From Schizochytrium sp. TIO01 (taxonomy: Eukaryota > Protista > Bigyra: Labyrinthulomycetes): a stretch of DNA of 64,000 nt. This document shows positions 22,720 through 36,470 of the stretch, one piece after another; the first letter of the stretch is position 1, and every line of letters begins with the position of its first letter. The notes beneath the pieces are model-generated. The model saw only the letters and a list, made by a program, of their open reading frames with translations. It was not told where the DNA came from and did not search any database. The DNA lies in NCBI GenBank assembly GCA_004764695.1, contig SMSO01000004.1, positions 1,860,001-1,924,000 on the forward strand, written 5' to 3'. Made by a program: the position numbers and the translations under genes.

Positions 22720-24063
22720 ACGTATACACACTGTGGAATACTCTATGCGCTCTGTTTTGTATTAGTTTAGATTTTTCTTTCCAAGGAATAGTCAAGTTCG
22801 CACGTCCAATAAATCTAGTAATGAGTACTTTTTTGGTACTTTTCTTAAGTACCATTAGCAAAATTTGTAGTATCCTTCGAATATCTAATGAAAATGATTG
22901 TTCAAAAGCTAGCTTCCTGCTTCTAGTTTCGCTTAATGTAACTCCAAGGATAAATTCACAACATCAATTTTCGTTATGGCAAAATTACTTTCTCTCAGTA
23001 TTATTCATAACTTGAGTACTGTTAGGAGAGATGCCATCAGGCTTAACGTAGGACACAGTTCTATACTTTGAAGCTTGAATTCCCTCAATGGTAAGTGATC
23101 TTTGATTCGATTACTTTCACAGTAAACTACAAAGGCAATAAGCCTATGAACTACGAAGCATATCCCTCTCACTAGTTGAAGGCAAGTCCTATCAATCCTA
23201 TCAATCCTATTTACTTTTTTTCTCTTTTTTAGATAATGTCTTCCAAATCAAAACTATTGAAATATTGCAATGAACCTTACTTTGTATGGGAAAGCAGAAT
23301 CATAACTGCACTAATAAAATTTGATTCACTAGACATTTTACAAGGCGGAGAAACTAATGTTTCCCTTGAACACTTGTCTGTCCACCAGAAAATTCCTATT
23401 TTTTTTTACCAAGACACTAATGTTCTATCACGGACCATTCTAACGCAGACTGGTCTACGAATACTACAGATCAAGTTGTATTACTCGGAAAATGTTTTCT
23501 GAAGTTCTGTCTATGCCGAGACTTTCTTTGTATATATAACTACTATACCTATATAATCTATTTATTTCTTTATTTAAAATTTAAGATATATTTCTGTTAT
23601 CATATTATGAAAAATAAGAAAATGAAGAAGAAGAATAAGCTTCCCGAGCCAGTTTCCCAGGGGGGGCGGGGGGTACGGGAAATAGGCAGAGAAACATGAA
23701 CACAGGATTAAAACAACACTACCTCGCTTATAGACTATTTCAAGTACTAAATTCTAATTGTATCCAGTTTGTACGACAACTGGAACATTCTTTATGTATT
23801 TTTGTTTTAACTGATTCTCATAGAGAAAGATTCATGAGAAAAGAGACCCTGAGCAGGCTCGCTCTCAAATTTAATAAGAGAGAAAAAAAAAAAAATCAAG
23901 GTGCCATGGTACTATAGTTTGAAAAATGTGTTTTTAGCAGTGTAAAGAATTGAGGAGGAAATTAGTGACGGGACATAAAAGTATACTTGAATGGGAACAC
24001 GATTGATTATAAAGCAAACCAACAAACCTTTAAACTAGGTTAGTGGATGGGAGCTCCCAAAGC

Positions 24064-26751
24064 TTACTTGGAGGAGGAGGCGTTAGCCTTGGCGAGGTAC
24101 TCCTCCATCTCGTTGAAGTTCATGTAACGGTAGGTGTCACTGGCATCCTTCTCGAGGAACTTAGCCTTCTCAAGGTACTCCTCAGGGGTGGGGAGGCGAC
24201 CAAAGATTGAGGCAACGGCAGCGAGCTCGGCACTGGCAAGGTACACGTTGGCGCCCTTACCGAGACGGTTGGGGAAGTTACGGGTGGAGGTGGAGACGAC
24301 GGTGGCGTTGTCCTTGACACGGGCCTGGTTACCCATGCAAAGGGAGCAGCCGGGCATCTCAAGGCGAGCACCAGAGGTACCGAAGGTGGAGTAGTAGCCC
24401 TCGTCAGAGAGAGTAGACTCATCCATCTTGGTGGGGGGGGCAATCCAGAGGCGGGTGGGGACCTCACCTTGCTGCTGGCTGAGGAGCTTGCCGGCAGCAC
24501 GGAAGTGGCCAACGTTGGTCATGCAGCTGCCAATGAAGACCTCGTCGATCTTGTCACCGGCAACCTCGGAGAGGAGCTTAGCATCATCGGGGTCGTTGGG
24601 GCAGCACACGACGGGCTCCTTGATCTCGTTGAGGTCAATATCGATGGTGGCGTGGTACTCGGCGTTCTTGTCAGCCTCCATGAGCACGGGGTTGGCGATC
24701 CACTCCTCCATCTTCTTGATGCGGCGCTCGATGGTACGGGCATCACCGTAGCCCTCAGCAATCATCCACTGAAGGAGGACAACGTTGGACTTGAGGTACT
24801 CAATGATGGGCTCCTCGTTGAGCTTGATGGTGCAGCCAGCAGCAGAGCGCTCAGCAGAGGCATCAGAAAGCTCGAAGGCCTGCTCGCACTTGAGGTCGGG
24901 GAGACCCTCAATCTCAAGAATACGTCCGCTGAAGACGTTCTTCTTGCCCTGCTTGGCGACAGTCAGGAGACCATCCTGAATGGCCTGGTACGGGATGGCG
25001 TGCACAAGATCACGGAGGGTGATACCCGGCTGCATCTCACCATGGAAGCGAACGCGGACGGACTCGGGCATGCTGAGAGGCATGGAACCAGTGGCGGCAG
25101 CGAAGGCAACGAGACCACTTCCGGCAGGGAAGGAGATACCGATGGGGAAGCGAGTGTGGGAGTCACCACCAGTACCAACGGTGTCCGGGAGGAGCATGCG
25201 GTTGAGCCAGGAGTGGATGATACCGTCACCAGGGCGGAGGGAGACACCACCACGGTTGCGGATGAAGTCCGGGAGGGTGTGGTGGGTCACGACGTCAACC
25301 GGCTTAGGGTAGGCGGCGGTGTGGCAGAAGGACTGCATGACAAGGTCAGCCTGGAAACCGAGGCAGGCAAGATCCTTGAGCTCATCACGGGTCATGGGTC
25401 CGGTGGTATCCTGGGAACCGACGGTGGTCATGAGGGGCTCACAGTAGTTGTGGGGAAGAACACCCGGGAGACCGCAGGCCTTACCGACCATCTTCTGGGC
25501 AAGAGTGTAGCCCTGGTCCTTCTTAGCCTCGATGTTGCCGTAGACGCGGAAGACGTCAGAGGCCTCCATGCCAAGGCTCTCGCGGGCCTTGGCGGTGAGA
25601 CCACGGCCAATGATGAGCGGGATACGGCCACCAGCCTGGACCTCGTCAAAGAGAACCTCGGAAGAGATCTTGAACTGGGAGAGTTCCTCACCAGACTCGT
25701 GGTCGAGGACCTTGCCCTCATAGGGGAAGATGTCGATCACCTGGCCCATCTTGAGCTTGGACACATCAAGCTCAATGGGGAGGGCTCCGGAGTCCTCAGC
25801 AGTGTTGAAGAAAATGGGAGCAATCTTGCCACCAAGGACGACACCACCGGTGCGCTTGTTGGGCACGTAGGGGATGTCATCACCCATGTGCCAGAGCACG
25901 CTGTTGATGGCACTCTTACGGGAGGAACCGGTACCGACGACATCACCAACGTAGGCAAGGGGGAATCCGGTCTTCTTGCACTCCTCGATCTGAGCCATAG
26001 CGTCCTCAACGCCCTCACGGGGGTTCTTGAGCATAGCCTTAGCGTGGAGGGGGATATCCGGGCGGGACCAAGCATCAGGGGCAGGGGAGAGATCATCGGT
26101 GTTAGTCTCACCGGGCACGAAGAAGACGGTCACGCTAACCTTCTCGGGGACAGGGTCGCGCTTGAGGAACCACTCAGCCTTGGCCCAGGACTCAAGGACC
26201 TCCTTGGCCTTGGCGTTGCCGGCCTTGGCCTTCTCCTCAACGTCGTGGAAGGCGTCGAAGACAAGGAGAGTGTGCTTGAGGGCATCAGCAGCAATCGAGG
26301 CAAGCTCGGAGTCGTCAAGGAGGTCGATGAGGGGAGCGACGTTGTAGCCACCCTGCATGGTTCCGAGAAGCTTGGCGGCGTGCTTGCGGTCGACAAGGGG
26401 GCTCTTGGCCTCGCCCTTGGCGATAGCAGTGAGGAAGGAAGCCTTTACGTAAGCGGCCTCATCGACACCGGGGGGGACACGGCTCTCGAGAAGCTCAACA
26501 AGCTTCTCCTCCTCGCCCTTCTCGGGGCTCTTGAGCTGGGCGACGAGGTCGCTCATCTGCTCAGCGTTAAGGGGGCGGGGCACAATACCCTCGGCCTCAC
26601 GCTCCTTGACGTGCTCCTTGTAGGAGTCCATGAAGGCGGAGAACTCGCGGGTGGCGATCATCTGCATGGCGGCGGTGTGGCGGGCGATGGAAGCGCGCTG
26701 CACGTTGCGGGCCACACGGGCACCGCGGGAGAGGACCGAGCGGCCGAGCAT
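24064..26751 (-). CDS. acnB: Aconitate hydratase B (bacterial AcnB type) with N-terminal mitochondrial-type presequence
   Basis: AcnB motifs [87 protein letters not shown] and [10 protein letters not shown]. The N-terminal ~36 aa are Arg/Ala/Ser-rich and lack acidic residues. Strong C/G-ending codon bias. Confidence 0.98.
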   Translation of the reverse strand: MLGRSVLSRGARVARNVQRASIARHTAAMQMIATREFSAFMDSYKEHVKEREAEGIVPRPLNAEQMSDLVAQLKSPEKGEEEKLVELLESRVPPGVDEAAYVKASFLTAIAKGEAKSPLVDRKHAAKLLGTMQGGYNVAPLIDLLDDSELASIAADALKHTLLVFDAFHDVEEKAKAGNAKAKEVLESWAKAEWFLKRDPVPEKVSVTVFFVPGETNTDDLSPAPDAWSRPDIPLHAKAMLKNPREGVEDAMAQIEECKKTGFPLAYVGDVVGTGSSRKSAINSVLWHMGDDIPYVPNKRTGGVVLGGKIAPIFFNTAEDSGALPIELDVSKLKMGQVIDIFPYEGKVLDHESGEELSQFKISSEVLFDEVQAGGRIPLIIGRGLTAKARESLGMEASDVFRVYGNIEAKKDQGYTLAQKMVGKACGLPGVLPHNYCEPLMTTVGSQDTTGPMTRDELKDLACLGFQADLVMQSFCHTAAYPKPVDVVTHHTLPDFIRNRGGVSLRPGDGIIHSWLNRMLLPDTVGTGGDSHTRFPIGISFPAGSGLVAFAAATGSMPLSMPESVRVRFHGEMQPGITLRDLVHAIPYQAIQDGLLTVAKQGKKNVFSGRILEIEGLPDLKCEQAFELSDASAERSAAGCTIKLNEEPIIEYLKSNVVLLQWMIAEGYGDARTIERRIKKMEEWIANPVLMEADKNAEYHATIDIDLNEIKEPVVCCPNDPDDAKLLSEVAGDKIDEVFIGSCMTNVGHFRAAGKLLSQQQGEVPTRLWIAPPTKMDESTLSDEGYYSTFGTSGARLEMPGCSLCMGNQARVKDNATVVSTSTRNFPNRLGKGANVYLASAELAAVASIFGRLPTPEEYLEKAKFLEKDASDTYRYMNFNEMEEYLAKANASSSK

Positions 26752-27679
26752 TTTGCTAGAAGGTTGTGGTTTTACTTGACAAGATAGATATCTGTTCTAG
26801 TTTTTTTTTGAATGAGTCAGCTAACGAGACCTTTGTGCCTCGTCAGGTGACAGCCTGTGTAAGGCTTTTCGTTCTTTTATGATATAATCTGAGTATTGGT
26901 AAAACAAACATAAGACCGATTCACCAAATTGGTTTCGCATTTCAAAATTTGTATTGATTGAGAACCAATAATCAATTCAAGAGCACATTATTTACGTTAG
27001 TCAGACTGTTTCATGACGACATTTATTTAGCAAGAGTAATCACAGTTTGCGAGCCATTACGCTTCACGCGAGGACAACGTCCCCTCATTAGCATCAACAT
27101 CAGGCATAAACGGCATGGCAAAACCTCAAAGTACATGAATCTCTTGTATATTGTAATATCTTTGCCAGAGAGATGATCCAATTGAAAAGCGCAAATCGCC
27201 ACTTTCGCCATCTTGAGTAGCAGGAGCAAGAACATCTTGCCACCGCTCGCTCGCATGCCGCCTCTGTTGATGTCACGCAATACCACGCATACAGGAACGT
27301 ATGACCTCCCAACTCTACACCGCCAAAGCGCTCATCCTTGCGCGATCTCGGGCACTCTCGTTTCCACACGCACCTACGGACCGACCGACCGAACGGGTTT
27401 GCAGCCGCGAGGCGCTGCCTTTTCGCGCAGTTCCAGGACTCCTTCCCTGCCCCCACTCTGCCCTGTTCTCCAAGTTTAATCTCGGCACCCCAGAGAGAAT
27501 AAGGGGTCACAGCGTATGTTTTAATCTGCCCTTCTTCAGCTGCTGGGTACGGGGCGCAGCGACGAAGATTGCGCGTGATCTGGTAACACAGCACGAAAGA
27601 TAATATCTCCTCTTAAATACAATTCTATGTAGTGCGCATATTAAGAAACACTGAGCCTGCCAAGCAGGAAGCTGCGCGA

Positions 27680-27992
27680 GCAGGAAATGAAGGAACAGAG
27701 AGAATGAGAGGACAGAGAGCGAAATGACGTGAGGAGAAAGTGAAAAGAGTGGAAGAGGGGAGAAAGAAAGAAAGAAAGAAAGCAATTGAAAGGAGACTTG
27801 AAAGAAAGAAAACTTGAGGGAGGAACCTTTTAATGTGAAAGGGGATAAGGGTTGTGAGGGGGGGAAAGTAAAAGGCAGTTTAATTTGTGAGTCAGAGACA
27901 GAGGGAGTGAGAGAGGAGGAGAGGAGACAGGTTCAAAGAAAAGAAAAAGAAAAGGAAAAGTAAAAAGAAGAAGAAGAAGAAGAAGAAAGAAA
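27680..27992 (-). promoter_or_regulatory. Purine-rich (pyrimidine-rich on the minus strand) low-complexity tract upstream of acnB; probable promoter/5' leader
   Basis: GA-rich tract with (GAAA)n and (GAA)n runs about 0.9-1.2 kb upstream of the acnB ATG. Function is inferred from position only. Confidence 0.35.
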
Positions 27993-28512
27993 GTTTGTTA
28001 TATAGCTCGATAGTTGGTTAGTTGCAATGATCAATCACAGGAAAGTTGTTATGTCTCGATGAGTCGTTCGTCCATTCCTCATTCACGAAGATTAGTTTCC
28101 TGGCAATAACGCGGTATTTCAGAACGTGATGGAGCGTCTTTCCTCACCTCTTCCCCGGAAAAGAGTGAGGAAAGAGACAAACAGATTCACGGATGCAGCG
28201 GATAAATAGATGGATAGATATTGCTTTCTCTTGTTGTTGTCGTATCAGAGAGTATCAAGTTTCATAAATTTATTTCTCCTGGTTGGAAGTGCTTTCTTTA
28301 AGCTTTTTCTTTTTCCCTTTTCGACTACAATTTAAAATAACTAGAGAATGTTGCCCCCATTCCTACAGAAGAAAGCGCTTTCTCCATGCTCAACTTGCGA
28401 AAAGATGCTTTTGGAAAGCCTCCCAATATTCAACCAACAATCGCTTTTGAGCAATGAAGAGGGCTTTCTTCTTACGTATGTCTGTATTCCTAATTAGAAA
28501 CAAACCAGCAAA

Positions 28513-28585
28513 GAAACAAATAAACAAACAAACAAACAAACAAACAAACAAACAAACAAACAAACAAACAAACAAACAAACAAAC
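28513..28585. repeat. (AAAC)n microsatellite
   Basis: Near-perfect AAAC run read directly. Confidence 0.95.
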
Positions 28586-29527
28586 AGATCTATCAGAAAG
28601 TCAGAGGAAAGAGCACCACAGAGAATGTGAAACCAGACCTCGGCTCCTCGCCCAAGAAGAACAAGGCCTTCCCGTGCGAGCAGTGCAGAGCAGTACCACG
28701 ACTCCCGCGGGGCCCTCCGTGTCCTCCCTCCTGCCCGGCTTTCCCCCCTGCCGCGTGACTTTGCCTTTGCCTGCCGTCATTCGCAGCAAAGGCAGAAAGA
28801 CAGAAGAGCCTGGCTGCCGCGTCGATCGATCGATCTATCGACCATGAATGAATATGAAAGAACGTGTGAAGAAATAAATGAATAAATAAATAATTAATTA
28901 AATACATAAATAAATACATATTTCCATTTATGGCTGATGCCGTGCAGCTCCTAGGAGAACCCCTATATTAATCCTAGTGAATACTCTCCGTGGTAGGCAC
29001 TTACATTTTTTATTTTTATTTAACATCATCTGATCTTCACGAATTGGAAATTTTCATTCTTTTGAATGAAAAGCTGTCTAACTTAATTCAATTTTTTTTT
29101 TTAAAGGAAAGAAGGGAAAAGAGTACTTATTGATTTGATATTTGTAATTTTTAATTTACATTGTGTAGGAATCATTAACTCTTTTTTTAAAAGTTGTTTA
29201 TACGCCTGAAGACCTAGGTGTTACTTACGCGGACTTAGCTTCGACTGGAGTGCCTGCAGCTTAGTCCTATCTATGGTAAAGCATAGCAGTTGGTTTATTG
29301 CAGGCGCCCTCTTCATTTTCGCTCGAGAGCTTTTGTCTCTGCAAGGGCTCGGGAGCCGCGGCCAATCCTCGACGGAGCTCGCAGAGGCCTCCATAATGGC
29401 ATGCTTTGGGCGTCCAGCCTTCGGCTTCTTCCGCACTTGCAGTCAAGAATCGGGAATCAAGAACCAAGATCCTTCGTGAGCTGTTTCTTTCTTCGCAAAG
29501 CACGCACGGATACTGCTTACTCCTTCT

Positions 29528-29686
<159 letters not shown>

Positions 29687-30116
29687 ATTCATTCCTCAAT
29701 ATTCTTTCCATTCACTCCCTTTCCCCTCTCGGCATTGGAGACCGCGGAAGATAAGACATACCACTCTTACCGGACCACGCGCCGTAACGCTCTCTTTCTC
29801 ACGCTTTGTAGATAGGTCCCGTAAGGTATTGCACTCCCCATCGCAGGAGGACCAAAACAAAGAGTCTTCTCTGGAGCCGCGGGTCCTGCATTCTTGGATT
29901 TAGCCATGCATGTTTGTGCGGAGGAGTCACATGTCAGGATCATTTTATTTTAAAGTTTGAGTTTTAAATAATTAAAAATTAAGAGTAACAACAACAACAA
30001 AGCCAATTCAAGCTACTTTCTCTCTCGAGCCCTTTGCAGAGTACGTACTGCTGTAATAAAAAATGGTAAATGAATTTCAACAGCGCTGGCGAAGAGAAGA
30101 AGAGGCTACTTACACT

Positions 30117-30210
30117 CATTTCATTCATTCATTCATTCATTCATTCATTCATTCATTCATTCGCACAACACGCGTACTTACTACGCATGCATGCATGCAT
30201 ACCTACCTAC
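30117..30210. repeat. (TTCA)n followed by short (GCAT)n and (CTAC)n runs
   Basis: Read directly. Confidence 0.85.
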
Positions 30211-30505
30211 GTGTATGATGCTAACTGATCAAATCTACTATCGCGCCATCACGATGACGACTTTTGAAGAAGTTAATTTCCTACGAGCTTTAAAAATCGG
30301 TTCAATCGATCAATCGAACTAGAGCTCTCAGGGACAGAGACAGAGGGAGAGAGAGAGAGAGAGAGTGAGTGAGAGAGCCGAAGAAGGCGCCAGTGGGCGG
30401 GATCGCGGAATCGAGGAAGGAAGCTGAAGGCAGTATTGAAGGAACGAAGGCAAAACAAAGGAGTGATTGCAATGCTGCGACTTTTGAATGAATGAATCAA
30501 TGAAT

Positions 30506-30584
30506 GAACTTGAATTCGAATTTGAATTTGAATTTGAATTTGAATTTGAATTTGAATTTGAATTTGAACTTGAATTTGAATTTG
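30506..30584. repeat. (GAATTT)n hexanucleotide repeat
   Basis: About 13 units. It explains the QI-, NS- and FK-repeat pseudo-ORFs on the minus strand. Confidence 0.95.
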
Positions 30585-31596
30585 CATGAAACTTCGCTTT
30601 CCTCCTTTCCTTTTCCCGACGAGCTAGCATGATATCTTTCCTTTCCTTTCCTTGCCTTGCCTTGCCTCCACGTGATCTTTCTTGCCTCCGCCGCAGCCAG
30701 GCAGCCAGCCAGGACTCGCTTCAACGCAGAACCCCTCGCGACCAAGCTTCCCTCCTTCGCCGCGAGGCCTCAACGTCGCGGCCTCCGGTCTTCGCGATGG
30801 TGGTCTTCATTTCTCGTATGCATGCACGCATAGATACATACAGACATACAGAGTCTCTCTATTCTGCGTTAACCAACTAAAACCAAACGAAAAAGCAGAG
30901 GTTTCAGGCAGAGCGCCGCGGGTCCTAAGCGCCGCTACGGAAAAGGGTACCAGTAGCTAGCGGCGGGCAGTCAGCGCCATAGTTATGCTACGTATCTATG
31001 TCTCTATTTAGTTAAGGCTCAGGTTTTTGAATTTTTATTTATTCTTTTGAAATTGAAAAGAAAGAAATCCTGAGGTTCTCCTCGCTCGCCGTGGAAACCA
31101 AACTTCTTGGCAACGGCGCCAGTTTCTACCGGTTCCTCGCTGCTGCCCGAAGGCCGGCGCCTCCAGCCACCCCTTGGAGCCGCGCTCGGCGAGGTCCGCT
31201 CGGCCTTGAGGCCGGGGAGCGGCGGAGTCGCGGCCGGCATCGAGCTCTGGTGTGGCTTGAGCTGATTTGAATTGATGGATTTGAATTCCAACGCAGCAGT
31301 TCAATTGAGTTGAATTCATTTAATTCAAACCATCTGATTTTCAAAAGTAAACTTGAAAACTTGAGTGTTGAACGTAGCACAGTGCCTGTAGGCGAGCTGG
31401 TAGTAGTAGGTGCTAGCAGGCAGCTAGCAGGGCGGCCTTAAGGAACAGTTAGAAACTCTTAGACTGTTGGTGATATTACATCGCTTTCTTCTTTTCTTGT
31501 TTGTTTGTTTGTTTGTTTCTCATTTGCAGAAGCTAAGGAAATAAGCCGTAGGTAGAACCTACCTAGCTCTAGCTATCCGCCTAGTAGGCTCTTCCG

Positions 31597-31623
31597 TAGC
31601 TAGCTAGCTAGCTAGCTAGCTAG
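31597..31623. repeat. (CTAG)n palindromic microsatellite
   Basis: tagctagctagctagctagctagctag; shorter copies occur in many spacers, e.g. about 6643-6661 and 33564-33583. Confidence 0.9.
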
Positions 31624-33925
31624 ACAGGTACTGCAGGTGCTGGTGGAGACAGAGAAGGTTAGCTTCACGAACGAATTTATTCACAAGGTGCTAGGACACC
31701 CGGGTTGTGGACACAACGACGCAGGCAAGCAAGTAGTGAGACCTTTATCTCAGTCACCATGCCTCCAGGTCGGTTTGGGTCTGCCACAGCGACTGCTTCT
31801 TCGCCAAAGTCTCGATGATTTACGATAAAACTTTGACAAGGTCATCTATTATTTCCACATACGTAGAAGATACTATGCTGCTGGCTGGCCCCTGTGATAC
31901 TATGCACTCGTACCGTTTAGCATAGAAGGGCGGCACAGATCTGTGAGGCGGCGTATGCGACCTGAGAACTGTGAACCCCAAGGAGCGCGATATCGAGGAT
32001 ACGCTTCAAGTTGCTTGGGGCCAAGGGCAGCGGCGTGACCTCGCCCTAGCTGAGGTGGCGGGAGACTTGAAGCCACCCCCGCATTTCACAACCCTGCTGC
32101 GGCCAAGCATCAACGTTAGTTAGATACTTTGAACAGCGCAACTACACGCAATGCTGCGTGCTTGATCTCAACGCATACTTTTGGCAAAACGATCATGTAA
32201 CTATGATGGCGGTCCACAGTGCCTACTTATTGCTATGGATTTCTATGGATTTCTATGGATTTCATATCCGCACATAGTACCACCTTGTACATCGGTGTAT
32301 GTCAAAAATGAAATTTTAACACACCCAAGTGCACTCTTCTTGGCGGTGCTACGATCGATTGGCGGTCAATAAGTTGATCCCAGAGAGCAAATGAACAAAT
32401 ATCCACGGCTATAAATAAACATCTTGGTTCTTTGCTTGCTGCCAAGCTATGCCATGGCAAACAGCTTTCGTTTGGCTGGGAACCGGCGGATGGAGGGCTG
32501 ATCCCTGATTCCTTGTGCGGGATCAAGCAGTTCGCGACGAACTTGAGGCCGCGTGAAGCTCTCAGGCTTCCGTCACGAGTGGCGAAGAATCACAGCAAGA
32601 ATTCGCGAAAGCTGACTGCCCGACTTCGCAGAACTGTTCGTTCGAAGAGAGTTGCGCGTAACTACTTGTAACGGCGGTGTGCTTGCTCAGCTCAGGAATG
32701 GCTTGCCGAAACTGATTGTCCTATCAATCAGCTACAGCCAGGCTCCTCCTCAGATGAGATGCCCACATTCTTCGAGATGCTCAAATCTCCGAATTCGCAG
32801 GTTGTGCTCAGCTGGTGCGGCAGTGAAGGGAGCAGCTCTTGAATACGTGTATTCGAAGGAGGCGGCGCGCAGCGATCCCATATCCATGGCCAAGATCATC
32901 TTGCCTTGCCAACTGTGATGCCATGAAACACAGCATCGACGACAGCTCATTAGATTCTCTCTTTCTTCTTCTTGCTGCAGAGATAAAATAGTTTTCAAAA
33001 GCTCTATAATTTACCCTTCTTATCTTCACTTTAGTCATTTATTTTTGTTTTTATTTTTAAAATAATAAAATGAATTATATTAAATTAAGTTCAAGAAAAC
33101 GACTTCTTACTAAAATTAAATAGAAAAGATCTGCTCTGTTAATAAGAGTAAGTTTTGCTTTCAAGCGAAACCACCTTTAAAGCTAACTAAGAGTATTTTC
33201 GGAAATCCTCTTTCTTCGAGATGCTTATCGCTCGCTACTGAGTTGGTTAGTTCGACTGCAAAAGAGCACCAGCAGCACCGACTTCGTAGTTTCTGTTCTT
33301 ATGTTAATTTGTTCTTCTGTTAATTTAACCTGTGCTCTGAAAAGCGTGTTTTGTTCTAGGTAGTAGTGGGCAGCAGCAAGCGGAACTGCCAAAGGTGCTT
33401 CCAGCTGAGGCGCTGTTGTTCATATATGCTTATTTTACATTACATTACATTACATTGCTTGTTTGTTTATTTGTTTGTTTGTTTGTTTGTATATTTGTTT
33501 GTATATTTGTTTGCTTGCAGATATTCAGGTAGATAGGCAACTAACTACCTCCTATCCAGGCATAGCTAGCTGTAGCTAGCTAGTTCTATGGCCGTAAAAC
33601 AAAACTAAAAGATTGGTTTGGTTTCAAAGGCTCTGCCGCTGCTTTCCTTCCTTCCTTCCTTGCTTCCTTGCTTCCTCCTGACTGCTCGCTCGCGGGATCG
33701 GGCTCGCGGCAGCTGGCTCTGGGAAGCGCTGCGGCAGAGCAAAGGGTCGCTCGCTCGCTCGCTCGCTCACTTGCCTGCTTGCTTGCCCACCCGCTCATTT
33801 CACGATGATCTACGAAGTCTCTTCCGTCTCTGATGCAACGACTTGGATGGTTTATTGTTCTGTTTAATTTTAAAGCGCTGATTTCCTCTGATTTGCAAGG
33901 AAATATTGGGGCTCTGAAAGGCGAA

Positions 33926-33981
<56 letters not shown>
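33926..33981. repeat. (GATT)n microsatellite
   Basis: Perfect TTGA run read directly. Confidence 0.95.
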
Positions 33982-33982
<1 letters not shown>

Positions 33983-36470
33983 CGCGGCAGAGCGCGATTG
34001 AACGCACGACACCCCGCGAAGGCCGAGCTGCAGAGATAGATGAAGATGCCGAGTCCGTTGCAGCTGAGGGTAGTGTTTTCGTACAAGATGACGTGAGAAG
34101 GCCCTGCTTTCGTGATACTGTGAAGGAAATTGCTCGCTGTCTCCTCCTTATGTGCGTATCTATATCTATCTATCTATCTATCTATGTGTAAAGAGAGAGA
34201 GCAGAACTCAATATTTTGGATCCTTGGCGCAATTCAAGAATTCAAATGCTTGAGAGCAAAGAAGACGAGAATGACTGCAACGTGGTAGCGCTGCGGCGTG
34301 CAACGCAGCGTGCAGCAGCCACAAGCGTAGGCAGGCAGGTAGCGGGCAGGCGCCGCGGGGATGACTGATTCCTGCAAGTCGTCCATCCGATGTCTGTGGA
34401 CCTCGTTCACTGCTAATTTTGTGCAGGCTCCTCTCTTTTTTGGCAGGTTGCCGCCGATTTCATCCTTCACGCTGCTGGAGGAACATCGTATACTACTGCA
34501 CCTTCGAAGTGGATGCGTAGGTAGAGAGACCGAGGCACCAATCTACATACCTACTGTGACCTACATACCTACGCAGCAGCACCATCTCGCGCTCAGCCAT
34601 CATGATCATGGTCTGAGTGGTCTATCAACCACTGCGGACATAGAATACACAAGCACATCTCTCATCGTTCCCTGTGGAGGCTGATCACCATATCGGGTGG
34701 CTCGTGACTTGGATATCTACCAGGCTCGAAACCCATCGAAGAAGTGGGGATTGGCTAGAAACCAACCAGAAGAACAGCCGCAACAGCGGCCATCATCATA
34801 GATAGATAGATAGCTATTGACTCGACTAAACTGAGCTTTCCGAGCGAGAGATGAACAGTTGTTGAAGTTTGAGGTGGATAATATCTCTAGCTAGTAGATA
34901 GCAAGTAGGCAAGCGTTGGCAGCTAATGTACTAGAGTGTTTCCTCGTTGTTGGGCTTCTTGCTCAGCGAGATCCTCGAAGAAGTCGACCGTTCTAAATCA
35001 AGCTTTGAAAATTATTGGACGTAGCAAGCAGAAATTTCCAAGAAATTGGAGTCATGGAGTTGAAGAAGATGTTGATCGAAAGTGGGGCTCTTCTCGCGAA
35101 ATTCTTGAGGAAACGAGATTCTGGCAAACAGCTGGGTAGAGCAATGCAGTGCAGTGCAGTGCAGGACAAGGTAAAGCAAGCCTGGTTTTGGTGCCTGGCA
35201 GAAGTCGCGTCACTATTGCCGGAGGCAATCTCAAAAGCGACTCGTCTGATTTGATTTTCGCTCCTTCACTCAAAGCCATTTGTTCGGATGTAATGCTATA
35301 GTAGGTTCCTCCATAGCTAGCTAGTAGCCAGAATAAGGAGAACTTAGAGATCTTGAAAGTACAAGTAACTGATTATCATAATCACGATGAAGTATGGTGT
35401 ATGTAATTTCATTCAGTTAGGTCAATCGATCATCCAACAGCATGATTCTTGATCTAGTAATGATGTCCTTTAGGTTGCTTGACAACGTTACTTGAACATG
35501 GAAGAGGGAGGTCGAGGAAGAAGTAATGAATCACCATGGCCAGAGCAAATGTTTCTCGTTTTCTAGCTTGGTTTTACACCTCTCGTCACTCAACCACCGC
35601 CGTAGGAATGAATATTTATGTTTTCCACGTAGGTACTCCTCTCCCCCCACTGGCTACTCTACTACTCTCTAAAATAATAAGTTAGCAGCCGAAAGCTTCC
35701 ATAAAACTCAGTGTCATGTATTGCTATCTCTGCCTACCTACGCATACCTCCCTCGAAAAAGAGACACGGTGTTTGCTTGTTTTCAAAGCAAAAAAGCAAA
35801 AGCAAAAGCAAAAGAAAACAAAACAAAAACATCAGCTGCCTACATTTTATAAGATGATCAAAATCACCACCTATGATAAACAAAAGATAACCTCAAAAAC
35901 TTTTTTTCGAAAACTGTAGAAATGAAAAGTTTCGTGGAAAGCTGTTCGAGTGGTAGCTAGCTAGGTACCTGCACCTACCTACCAACACTGACTACGACAC
36001 TCTAAAAACAGAGAGTCAGTAGGCAGTGTTAGTAGCTAGCTAGGCGCCTATATCATAAGTGAGTTGCAGGAACTCAGGGTCTGGGAACTTGCCTCTCCGA
36101 GAAAGCCCGCCCACCCAGGAAGTTCGAACCCCGTGCAATGCGCCTCAAGTGCAGTGCAAGCTCTTGCTCTAAGTAGAACAAGGCGCCTCGAGATGAGGTC
36201 AGGAGCTCCTACTACGTAGTATCTACACAGCAGCATCGACGGTGGCGCTCTGCTTTAAGCACCGTAAGCAAGCGAGGGAGCGAATAAGTGGATGATGAAT
36301 TTACAAGTGGAGAAGAAGGTAGGGTAGGACCTGGCTGCTGCTACACAAGGAGCGATGCAAGTTCTTCAAGCGGGAACTCGTAGGAGCGCCGGTAGAACTG
36401 CGATGGAAAGCTGGAATTGCAGATCGCGCTGCGATAGATGGATCAGACAAAATGACGAAGTGACCAACTG

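Noticed and set aside
24469-26787. 772-aa ORF antisense to acnB
   Set aside because: It mirrors the acnB codon register. Strong C/G-ending codon bias removes antisense stops, and the product has no recognisable motifs.
27640-27662. Iron-responsive element (CAGUGU loop, minus strand) upstream of aconitase
   Set aside because: The flanking bases AGGCT/TTCTT do not form the required 5-bp upper stem.
30273-30745. QI-, NS- and FK-repeat ORFs
   Set aside because: Three frames of the (GAATTT)n repeat.
36110-36140. tRNA-like GTTCGAACC B-box (similar site near 50220 on the minus strand)
   Set aside because: No T-stem complementarity and no cloverleaf.
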